64,000 nt of DNA, taken from the NCBI RefSeq assembly GCF_018977255.1, contig NW_024704742.1, positions 62,994,001-63,058,000 of the forward strand, given 5' to 3'. Numbering within the stretch: position 1 is the stretch's first letter; every line of letters starts with the position of its first letter. This DNA comes from Callorhinchus milii (Eukaryota). The notes beneath the pieces are model-generated. The model searched no databases. It saw only the letters and a program-made list of their open reading frames with translations, and was not told the origin of the DNA. Below are positions 47,930 to 59,066 of this stretch, one piece after another. Made by a program: the position numbers and the translations under genes.

Positions 47930-50900
47930 CACCCAGCTACATTTTCCATCATACTCTCCCTCTGCTCCAAACGCCTCCTCATCCGAGGCGACTTCAACCT
48001 TCACTTCACCCCCTCCTGCTCTACCACTGCTGACTTCTCCTCCCTCATCTTCTCCCTCAACCTCTCCCTCCACATCCACTCCGCCAAACACGTCCTCGAC
48101 CTGGTGATCACTCGGGGCCTCATCATCTCGGACCTCACTGTCATCAAGAAAGCGATCTCGGACCATCACTTAATCTCCCCTAACTCCTCAATCCTTCTGC
48201 CTACCACCACCCAACCCAACTCCATCTCCTACCGTCCCTTGAAAAACTCACCCACCTCCCTTTCGGCTGCCTTGGAATCATCGGAACTCCTCCCGTCTGG
48301 GCTTCTTCCCGCAATGACCTATCCTCCTGGGTCACTCTACTCCACAGCTCCCTCTCCTCCACTCTTGATTCCCTTGCTCCCCACTCTTCCTGAACCATCT
48401 CCTATTCACATAAGTCACCATGGTACACCAGCCACCTCCGTTCCCTTAAAGCACAGATGCATGCCACTGAAAGCATCTGGCTTAAATCAAACTTAATGGT
48501 CCATCGGCAGATCTGGCTGGACGTTATCCAATCCTGCCCCTCCACCCTTGCCTCTACTAAATCATCGTTCTACTCCAAGATAATCTTGGAGGCCAAGGAC
48601 AACCGCAGGCTACTCTTCTCCATTACCAACCCGCTCTCCGCTCACCTTCTCATGCCTTGCCATCACCTCCAATGCCAACTGCAAGGTGATGATGGACTTC
48701 CTCAAAACCAAAGTTGAGGGGATCTGCTAAGCTGCCTCTGCCCTTCCGTTTGCTTTACACGCCCCATCTCCACCTCCCAACCTGGCACCTACCCATCCCT
48801 CCCTTTACACCTTCGAACCTGTCTCCCACTCCTCTCTCACCACCACTATAACCCGCATGAAACCGACCACCTGTCCCCTCGACCGCATCCCTACCCTCTC
48901 CTTACCTCCCAGCTCCACCTCCTTGACCCTCTACTCACAGACATCATAAACCTCTCCCTGTCCAATGGTATTGTTTCAACCGCATTAAAAAACACTGTCA
49001 TCACTCCTATCCTTAAAAAACCCTCCCTGGACCCATCTCTACTCTCAAAACACCACCCCATCTTCAATCTCCCTTTCCTCTTCAAGGTTCTGGAATCAGT
49101 CGTTGCTTCCCAGCTTTGCTCCTTCTTCTCCCGCCACTCCCTGTACAAACCCCTCCAATTGGGTTTCCGTGCTGCCCACAGCACAGAAACAGTCCTGGTC
49201 AAAGTGACAAATGACATTCTGTCCATCTGCAATCAGGGCTCCCTCTGGCTCCTCATCCTCCTTGATCTCTTTGCTACCTTTGACACCATCAACCACTCTA
49301 TCCTCCTCCACCGCCTCTCCTCTCACCTCAACCTTCACAGCTCTGTCCTTGACTGGTTCAGAACACATCTCTTACACCACCTCCACTTCATCTCCACAAA
49401 TGGTTTCTCATCTAGCCCCCGCACTGTCTCGTGTGGCGTTCCTCAAGGCTCTGTCCTTAGTCGCCTCCTCTTCAATATGTATATGCTCTCTTTTGATAAC
49501 ATCACCTGCAGACATGGGGTCAACTTCCACGTATATATGGATGACACCCAACTGTATCTCTCTGCCTCCACTCTTGACTCCAGGAACACTGCTGTCCTGA
49601 CAGAATGTCTGTCAACCATCAAGTCCTGGATGAGAGCTAACTTTCTACAGTTGAATGTCAACAAGACCGAGGCTCTCCTGATTGGTTCCTGTTAGCGCCT
49701 CCACACCTCAGGCGCTGACAGCATCACCATCCATGGTTGCACACTCCACCTCACTAAGCCAGTCCAGAACCTTGGAGTCTTGTTTGATCCTCAACTATCC
49801 TTTCTAACCCACATCTTTGCCATGACACACTTTGCCTTCCCCCACCTCCGCAACATCGCCCGTCTCTGCCACTGTCCCGCAGACAACAACAACAACGACT
49901 TGGATTTATATAGCGCCCTCCATGCTGGACGGTGTCTCAGAGCTCTTCACAGTATAGGATCCCGGTGCCGAGCCAGGGGGAGGGGGAGGAAGGTGACCAA
50001 AGGCTCTGTTGAAAAGAAAGGTCTTCAACAGAGACCTGAAAATAGGAAGAGAGGGGGCGAGGTGAAAGGAGTGAGGAAGGGAGTTCCAAAGCCTCAGGGC
50101 ATAATGGCTGAAGGCACGGTCGCCGAGGGTGGAGCGGAGGACTCAAGGGACAAGGAGGAGGCCAGACCCGGAAGAACAAAGGCAAGGGTACTGTTTTGAG
50201 AAGAGAGGAGGTCAGAGAGATAGGGGGATGCGGAGGAGTGGAGGGATTTGAAGACAAGGGTGAGGATCTTGAAATTGATCCTCTCTGGGACAGAGAGCCA
50301 GTGCAGTCTGCCAAGAACTGAAGTAATTGGGGAACGGAATTTGGTGCGGGTGAGAATGCGGGCGGCAGAGTTTTGAATAATCTGGATTTTATGGATGGTA
50401 GTGGAGGGGAGATCAGCAAGGAGGGCATTAGAGTAGTCCAGCCGAGAGGTGACGAAAGCATGACCCAGGATTTCAGCGACTTTCAGAGAGAGGTATTGGC
50501 GGAGACGGGCGATGCGTCGGAGGTAGAAGAAAGCATTGCTGGTGAGGGACCAGATGTGGGTGAGGAAGGGTAATTGGAGGTCGAACCTGATGCCTAGGTT
50601 GCGTACGGGTTCGGAGAGTTTTAGGGTAGGTTGGGTAGGGGGAGGAGGTGAGAGCCGTGAGATTTTAGACATTGACGAGAGCCAAACAGTATCGCTTCCG
50701 TCTTGTCAATATTCCGTCAGACCGCCAAAATCCTCACACATGTTTTCATTACATCGAGGCTTGACTATGAAAACTCCTTGCTTGTCGGCCTCCCCAGCTC
50801 CTCCCTCCATAGGCTGCCATCATCTAGAACTCTGCAGCCCGTGTCCTCTCCTGCACCAAGCTCTGTGACCCTATCACTCCCATCTTCACCCGACTCCACT

Positions 50901-51342
50901 GGCTTCCCATCAGACAGAGAATACAGTTTACGGTCCTGGTCCTCACATTCAAAGCCCTGCATAGACTTGCTCCCCCTTACCTCGCTGACCTCCTAACCCC
51001 CTACCATCCTGCCCGCTCCCTCCGCTTAGTGGTGTCCAGCCTGCTTCATGTCCCTCACCTTGCTCACCCCAACATTGGTGGGCAGGCCTTCTGCCACTCT
51101 GCCCCACCCTCTGGAACTCCATCCTGCAATTCCTCTGCCTCGCTCTCTCCCTTGCCTCCTTCAAGACCCATCTCAAGACCCTCCTCTTCGACCGTGCTTT
51201 CGATCACCCTGCTTCTGGCCCCTGCCCTCCACCCTCCCTGATCCTGACCCCCAGCTCAGGTCCGAAACTCTGACTGTCCAGCGGCTTGGGATATCCTCCC
51301 AATGTGAAAGACACTATAGAAATGTAATTTTTTTGTTGTTTT
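47930..51342 (+). mobile_element. Near-complete L2 ORF2 pseudogene (APE, RT, tail) interrupted at 49883-50700
   Basis: LLIRGDFNLH, HVLDLVITRG, ISDHHLI (APE); GFRAAHSTET, GVPQGSVL, YMDDTQLY (RT); resumes KILTHVFITSRLDY at ~50720. Confidence 0.97.
49883..50700 (-). mobile_element. Nested antisense L2 of a different subfamily
   Basis: VRNLGIRFD...HAFVTSRLDYSNALL...LHWLSVPERINFK; tail variant ...ccagcatggagggcgctatataaatccaag. Confidence 0.95.
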
Positions 51343-51906
51343 TCTTGCTCAGCTCCCACCTCATTATCTTTATTTGCCTCTCAAATTCCAGCTGAGAACT
51401 GTGGCTGCTAATTACCTTTTCAATATACTTTCCTGATTGCAGAATTCTGCACGAGTTGCTGTATAATGGTCTTCAAGAATGAATGAACAAGTCTCACTGG
51501 CCATTTGCTATGTTTTGGCAAACCATTTTACATGTTTGTTTTAGAGTTGGTAACGTCAGAAATGTTGCTATTTCAAGCTTCCACAAGTGTAAGACAGAAC
51601 ACCTCCACACAGTATAAACACTGTGTTTGCAATGATTTGGCTGATCTCCAGTCAGTTGAATTGCGACAAGCATGTTTTCCATCAATTATCCTTCTTAGAG
51701 GAAAAAAAACAAAGCTGCACAGACAACCAAATTCTACCAATACAGTGTATACATATTTCTTTACACCTCTGATGTGAAAAAAAAAGGCCACAAAAATACA
51801 CAGGCACTCCAGTTTACAATATATCTTGTGAAGTTCTTTGGGACAACTTTCTGACTTGAAAGTTACTATATCAAATGCAATAATTATTATTTATTATTAA
51901 AGTTGT

Positions 51907-52420
51907 TAGCCTGGCTCAGTTGGTAGCACTCTCACCTCTGAATTAGAATGTTGGAAGTTCAAGCTCCAAGTTGACATCTATGAACTCAAGGTCTCAGCTG
52001 ATACACCAATGCATTCTTGGGGTAGTGCTACAGAGCCAGAGTTGCTGTCCTTCAGATGAGATGTTAAACTGAGGACAAGGTGGATGTTAAAATACCCATG
52101 ACACTGTTTGAAAAGACAATTAGATGGGTATTTGGGAGGGACAGGATTGCAGGGCTATGGAGAGAAAGCGGCCCAGTGGGATTGAGTTGGATTGCTCTTT
52201 TTGGAGTCGGTGCAGACATGATGGGTCGAATGGCCTCTTTATGTGCTGTATGATTCTATGATTCTATAAGGGAGTTTCTCCCAGTGGGTTAACCAACAAT
52301 TCCCCAAATAAAAGTGATCACTCACTTCACGGCTGTTTATGGTACATTGCTATGTGAAATTTAACTGCCCATTCGCCTGTAAAATACTCATTTTGTGGTA
52401 AATGCTGTGAAGTGAAGTGA
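51907..52420 (+). mobile_element. Deu-SINE with an inserted CR1 tail (~52113-52267)
   Basis: Head gcctggctcagttggtagcactctcacctctga; CR1 tail gatgggtcgaatggcctc...(attctatg)n. Confidence 0.85.
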
Positions 52421-52797
52421 ATGGTACATCAGGCAGTTTCAAGGTGCTGGACAGTCAGATTTTCATACCCGAGCTGGGGGTCGGGATCCAGGAGGGTGGA
52501 GGTCAGGGTGATCAAAAGCACGGTCGAAGAGGATGTAAGGATTCTTTTATTTTTTTTAGACGTCCATGATTCAATCCAACAAAAAAAGTGTACTTTAACT
52601 GTGAGCAGCTATTGACTGACATCCAAGCTGGTAAACAAATAAGCTTTGACTGCCATCAGCAAATGAGTCATAATCTGCGACAGAGAACATGGATCAATGA
52701 GTGTATTGAGTGTCCTGATTGCTCTCGGGGAGAGCAATCAGGACAGAGCGGAGGCAGAGCCTGGGCCTAGCGATCAGCATAAAAGGAACGGCTGAGG

Positions 52798-53128
52798 TAA
52801 TAATAATAATAATAATAATAATAATCCTTGCATTTGATATAGCGCTTTTCACGTCGGGAGGACGTCCCAAAGCGCTTCACAGAACACATTGTAAAGTGAA
52901 TTGACTGTATATTTGTGGGCGAACGCGGCAGCCAATTGCGCACAGCAATGTCCCACAAACAGTCGTGGATTGAAAATGACCAATTTATTATTGTTTTTGG
53001 TTTTGGAGGGATTATTATTAGGTGTGTGGAGTAAGGAAACTTGCCCAAGGTTTCGCCCTCTGCCTGGAATTGAACTCAGGTCTCTCACTTGCAAAGCGAG
53101 TGCTCTAACCACTGAGCTACAGGACTCC
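52798..53128 (-). mobile_element. tRNA-Ala SINE (short form), best-preserved copy
   Basis: ggagtcctgtagctcagtggttagagcactcgctttgcaagtgagagacctgagttcaattcc; tail gggacgtcctcccgacgtgaaaagcgct nearly identical to the L2 tail. Confidence 0.95.
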
Positions 53129-53249
53129 ACAGGTAAGCTGTCTGAACTGTCGGAGCGACGAGAAAAAGAAAAAGTGACGTTGGTGTGATGTCATTTTTCA
53201 ACAGCAGAACGAAGGACAAACATCGGCAAACTGTCAGAAACTGCAACAC

Positions 53250-53640
53250 TGACAGGGTTATGGGGAAAGGACTGGGGAGTGGGTTTGATATTCATTGCTC
53301 TATTCAAAGAGCGAGCACAAACTCGATGGGCCGAATGGCCTCTTTTTGTGCTGTACAATCCTATGATATTTTGTCAGGTAAGGACAAATAGGCTGAAACT
53401 GCTTGTAAAACATTTTTCACAGTAAAGTAAAATTGTCTGGGCAATCCTATTTTCTGTCCACTCTTGCTCTGTTTCTCACAGCCCCAATCCCCGCCATTAC
53501 AGCGATAATGTAATTCTTTCTTGAAACTGTTAACACTGCCTATCTTCATTGCTTTCCAAGGTGAACTGTCCCACATATTTACCACCCAAAGACCCATACC
53601 AATGTATGACATTGTGGGAGGCCATTCGGCCCAAATTTTT
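53250..53640. mobile_element. CR1 3' tails (53250-53365 plus, 53480-53640 minus)
   Basis: gatgggccgaatggcctc motif on both strands; VVNMWDS...NSFKKEL. Confidence 0.75.
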
Positions 53641-53654
53641 TCCATGTTGGTGTT

Positions 53655-54195
53655 TGCTTGCTGAACACCCCAATTCTTCCCTCTACAAGCTGCATACTAT
53701 CCAAAATTCTGCAACCCATTTCCTCTCCTGCACCAGGCTCCGTGAGCCTGTCGTGCCCATCCTCACCCAGCTCCATTGCTCCCATCCTCCAGTGGATCAA
53801 GTTTAAGATTCTGGTTTGCAACTTCACACGTTCCCACCCAAACCACCCCACCTCTACAACCTATTTCAACCACACCGAACTTGCTGCTTCAGTAGCTTAG
53901 CTGGCACATGCTTCGTGTCCCCCGCCCAACCCACACCATCATCAGCGAGCCAGCATTCAGTCATTCTGCTTCCGTTCTCTGGGATTTTATCCTAGAGTTT
54001 CTCTGACTTGCTCACGCGTTCCCTTCCCCCCCTCTTTCAAGGCACGTCTCGAGATGTTCTTCTTGATTGTTCTTTCAATCATCTTTCCTTGCCAACCCTT
54101 TTGGCTCCCATCCCCAGCTCAGGTGCCCAGCCAATAATTGGGTAGTTTCATACGTTCGCCTGACATAAAAGGCACCATATAAATCTAAATTATAT
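53655..54195 (+). mobile_element. Degenerate L2 3' fragment
   Basis: KLHTIQNSA...PILTQLH, IKFKILV. Confidence 0.8.
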
Positions 54196-54374
54196 TGCCT
54201 CCAAAAGACATCCTTCCTAATCTCAATTCTCTGGCATTCATCACAACCTCCAATACCTTTTCACTGCATGTGCCTTTAAATGGACCCAATCTCCTTTGGT
54301 CGAACAATCACCTCTGGCAAGTCAATCCATATCTGACAACACTCTGAGGGAAGAACCTTTCCTTTTACTCCATT

Positions 54375-54660
54375 GGTCCCCGCAAGCAAGAGGACCAGGT
54401 TTGATTCCCAGGCAGAGCAAAACCTTAGCATGTTTACTTACTCCATGTGCTTCTGTTTACCTAACAGTAAGTAGGAACTCAGTTGTCAGCCGATTGTCGG
54501 ATCGCTTTCCGGGGTAATAGTCCCTTCAAAATAATAATAATTTGATCATTCAATCCACTTGCTGTAACAAAATATACAGCCAATTCAATTAACAGTATAC
54601 TCTGAAGTACATTGAGACGTCTTGTCGACGTGATATAAAATTAAAGGATTATTATTATCA
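54375..54660 (+). mobile_element. tRNA-Ala SINE, long form, 5'-clipped
   Basis: cgcaagcaagaggaccaggtttgattcc; tctgtttacctaacagtaagtaggaac block. Confidence 0.85.
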
Positions 54661-56399
54661 TTATATAATCTTGAATTCATGCCTTCTTGTCCTCTCGAAT
54701 CCCCCTAACAGCAGAAAGAGTTTTTCCTGGTTAATTCTCTCAATCCTCTATTATCTGAAACATTCTTAGTGTCCTGACCAACAATTCCCCTAAATAAAAT
54801 TGGTTGATCATGTCATGGCAGTTTGTGTGCGATCGCTGTGGCCAAATTGGCTGCTGAGTTTACATACAAAATGCACAGTCATCACACTTTGCAGTATAAT
54901 GGGTGAAACACTTTGCGACGTCCTTCCGATGTGAAAGGGACTATAACAAACATAAAAATTATTATCATCTCCCCAGAGCCTTCTTCTCTCCATTGTGAAC
55001 AATGCCAAAGTTTCTCATCATAATTCAGGAGCTTAACACCAACTATCAATTTAGTTGGCTTGTACACTTTACCTTGTCCCATACCAACATAATACTACCT
55101 TAAAATGGTGATCAAAATTGTGCTTAGGACTCCAGGGAGTCAGACCAGTGCTCTGTAGAAGATCAGTACCACGTAGCAATGTGACTTATGCTCTGTTCCT
55201 TTAGCTATGCACTCCATTTCAGCACAAAACTCAGCAGATCATTCCAGTGAATTATATAGCTCCAAAAACTAGATGGAAAAATACCTAGCTTCCTAGGAGT
55301 TTTTACATTTATAATTTGCTGTTTTACACAAAAAAGAACCACTACTCCATTCTTATTTAGCATAATGATATATTGCATTGAGATATAAATATAAAAGTTA
55401 TTTATGTTGGGGCTTTAATGACTATTTGTTGGCTGATACGGATAGCATACAATGCTGAATAAATTGTCACTGAAGGACTGGCTCTACTCCCCAGACTGTG
55501 ATTATTTCTTATTTGTAGACATTATTTGCACTGAACAGAGATGCAGCATTATTACCTGACTGATTTCATCAGTGTGGGATCGAGCTTTAGAGACATGCTG
55601 ACTAACTTAATCACAGAGTTACAGAGAAGTTCATTCACTTAAGTAATGAAATTTAAAATTGTAGTCAATCGAGGACCACAGCCATTACTTCTCCAAAGGG
55701 TAACAACAAATAATCTGATGGACTGAGCAAGGCAGTCGCTCACAGAGGCCCCTGCATTTTAAAGCATATCGGACGACAGGAAGGGAATAGAACTGAGGCC
55801 AGCAGAAGAAATCAATACGGGCTTGTCATCTTGATCAAGGGATGACTCACTGCTGAAAATGCTGGAACCAAGTTATAAAATTATAAACTACAGGGTTTCA
55901 GAATACTCGCTTTATTATTATGTTACCTGATTGCAGTGAAGCTGAACCCTGGTGTAGCAATATAACGCAACAGGGCTTAGAGACTCCCGAAGAAACAATA
56001 GCTTAATGAGATGAGCTGCTGGGAGGATTACACAATTGGAAGAGGGACTAGAAAAAGGAAACAGTAGAGGAATGCTAGAGTTCAAATAATATACACATCT
56101 CTGCAAAACAAATCAGATGCGTAATAAGGCCCAGATCACCTACACAAAAACATACAGGTCACTGCACTTTACAGTAAAGCCTGGAGGAACTTTAAGTCAT
56201 CCTCCCTCATTAAAGATGCTATTCCAAATACAAGGATTATTATTTTAATATTATAATAATCACTAATAACTCTTGTATTTGGTATACTGCAGCACCTTTC
56301 ACATCAGGAAGATGTCCCAAAGTACTCCACAGGATAAATTGAAACACACAGCGACTGTTGCAACTATTACAACTATTACAACACCAACTGGTGATCTTC

Positions 56400-57700
56400 A
56401 TATAAAATAACATATCGAAGTACTGTACTTCACAATGACGTGCTGAGCGAGTAGGAAGGGGAGGGGGAAACGTAACCATAGGCATGGTCGAAGAAGTAGG
56501 TTTTAAAGTGGGATCAAGATATACAGAGATAAGGCAGACAGAGAGTTCTGGAGATTGGGGCATAATAACTGAAGGTTCAGCCAACGATGGTAGTGCAGAA
56601 AGGGCAAAACACACAATAGGGGGATGGGCAGTATGAGGAGTTCAGAGAGATAGGGAGGTGCTAGAACAAGAAGGGATTTGTATGTAAGGAGAGGATCTTG
56701 AAGTCAATCCATTCAGAGCCATGGAGCCAGGCGAGAATTTGGTGAGGGTGAGGATTATTATTATATCCAATGCAAGAATTATTATTTTTATTATTATTAT
56801 AAGTGACTGAATATTAAGGTCTAATCTGGCCAAAGCCATGCTTATATATATTAAACATGAAAGAAATGTTAACAGATAAAAGGAAAGAAACATAAAGTGG
56901 CAAATAGGCCATGTAAGACCAAACTGAATATATAAGGGATATGAGGAGGAAATATTGAAATATTCCTGGTGATAATTTTCACATCACATGTCACATTAAT
57001 TAATTCTATCACAATGCAGACTAGAATCGGTTTATATTCTCAAAGGACAGTGCAAGCTGAGATATGAAAGCTTTAATGCACCTACGGTTATTTGCAATCA
57101 GAAAATGCATACTTACTTTTATGAAGCTGAAACATACTAAATATTAATTATTTTTAGAGATAATCTCAGGAATAATGTTATGTTTGTCTGCAAAATGCAC
57201 AGACACTACACTTTACAATATATCCTGCAAATTGCTATAAGACATATTCCCAATGTGAAAGGTGCAAAATCAAACGCAAGGATTTTTTTTATTATTGTAT
57301 TTTTTATTATAGTGTATATATATTGTATTTTATTATACAGTGCAATTTACATTTATATAATGCCTTTCACATCGGGAGAATGTCTCAATGATATTACTGA
57401 TGAGGAGGTGGTGGTGGGTGGAGGGGATTTGGGTGTGGGCAAGGGAAGGTTAGATGACTGAAAGTGTAAAGTAAGAGGTAAATCTGGAAGTGGTCTTCAA
57501 AAGTGGGTAGGGAGCGAGCGGGTGTGACGAGGGAATGGTATTAAGAGAGTGGAGTCAGAATGGCTGAATGGTAGAATGGTTATGCCATTGAGAAGTAATG
57601 TTCGACTGTTCGAGGGGCCGGTTCGATAGAGTTGCAGGTTGCAAAGGTAGGGTTGGGAAAGGCCATGGGGGGAGCCTGGTGCGGGAGAGAACATGGGTTG
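56400..57700 (-). mobile_element. Two degenerate L2 3' fragments (56400-56755 and 57340-57700)
   Basis: Reverse-strand ttcaagatcctct and ttcgaccatgcct motifs; tail catttatataatgcctttcacatcgggag. Confidence 0.65.
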
Positions 57701-58377
57701 AATGGTAGTCTAGTCTGCTAATTCTAAAGCAGCACTAATTTATCAAAGTCTGAAGAAATCCAGCAGTTGCTTAAGCTCTGCTTTCAATTATTTATTTGAG
57801 CCTGACTGCATTATTTTAATAATCTCCTGGAACGCCAATTTACTTCTTTCTTATTTTTCCTTGTATAAATGTTCCAACTATGAATTAGAAGAATCCTATT
57901 TAAATACAAACTTAGTTCATTAACACCTAAGAGAATCCGTTGAATACGATGAGGTGAAAAATGAAAAATCTCCTGTAACAGATTCCAAGCTTATTAAATG
58001 TGTTATGGAAATCTGTCATGAAACCCCATGCTTTTCACCCATATATTTATCCTTATAACAATATTAACAGCACAGATTATTGATACAAATCCCTGGTACA
58101 TTTCCATGGGGTATGGTACAGTGCTGGACCAGATTGGATATTTATGATTATCTGGCTGAGGGTGTAGCCATTTTTCCAGGCTACAGAATTTGTATTCATC
58201 AATTGTATAATCTTTCTGACCATCTCAATTATTCACACAGTTGTATGGCCTGTGTGTAAGCATGTCAGAGGTTTTATTCATGAGCGTTCATGAGCATAAC
58301 AAAGCAGTTTGAGAAGCAGCAAAACGCAAAATAAATAAAATAAGTCTAAGCACCTCAAAACAGCTCTAGCACATATA

Positions 58378-58745
58378 ATAATTCTTGCATTTGATATAGT
58401 GCCTTATCAAATTGTCAACACATCTCAAAGTGCTTCACTGGAATGTAAAGTCATGTGACTGTGTGTATTTTGTCGGTGAACACAGGAGCTAATTTGCACA
58501 CAGCAATGTCACACAAACAGCAATGCAATGAGTGACCAATTTTATTTGGGGGATTGTTGGCCAGGACATCACAATAAACTTCCTTCTCTCAAATAGTGTC
58601 ATGGGATCTTTAATGTCCACCTGTATACAGTTTAAAGTCTCATCCGATAATGCAGCACACCACTAGGATTAGATAGGAGTGTCAGCGTAGACTATATGGG
58701 TTATATGTGGAACCTTGAACCCATAAACTTCTGACTCAGAGGTAA
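58378..58745 (-). mobile_element. Deu-SINE
   Basis: Tail, catgggatctttaatgtccacctg core, head ttctgactcagagg. Confidence 0.8.
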
Positions 58746-58839
58746 CTCATATGTGGTAACCCAAGGTAAAATGAAATATAATAGAATTAAAATACAGTAG
58801 CAGAAATTGGTAGTCTGATAGAGCAGGAATGAGGTGAGG

Positions 58840-58970
58840 CCTACTTAGTGCAGTGTTGGCACACTGACCTTTTATCTCAGGGATCTGGGTTCAAATCCAG
58901 ATCTTCAGCTGACTGATCCTCAGCTGGCTGTAAGAGTCGTACATTAACTGGATGTATGTGGCCTCAAGGT
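58840..58970 (+). mobile_element. LF-SINE-like 5' fragment
   Basis: acactgaccttttatctcagggatctgggttcaaatccag...gctggctgtaagagtc resembles the LF-SINE head as recalled; B box GGTTCAAATCC intact. Confidence 0.55.
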
Positions 58971-59066
58971 GTGATAACAGTGTTAACAGGGTTTAGATTT
59001 TATCTGGTAAGAGGATCATAAGAGGACGCCAAATTATGTGCAAAAATAACACCAATGTATTCAAGA

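Noticed and set aside
47804..51395. Many overlapping Pro/Ser-rich and Gly/Glu-rich ORFs
   Set aside because: Alternative-frame and antisense shadows of C-rich L2 ORF2
53055..53128. tRNA-Ala(TGC)-like sequence, also at 16880, 28300 and 30364
   Set aside because: No acceptor stem or terminator; it runs straight into SINE body and tail, so it is a SINE head and not a tRNA gene
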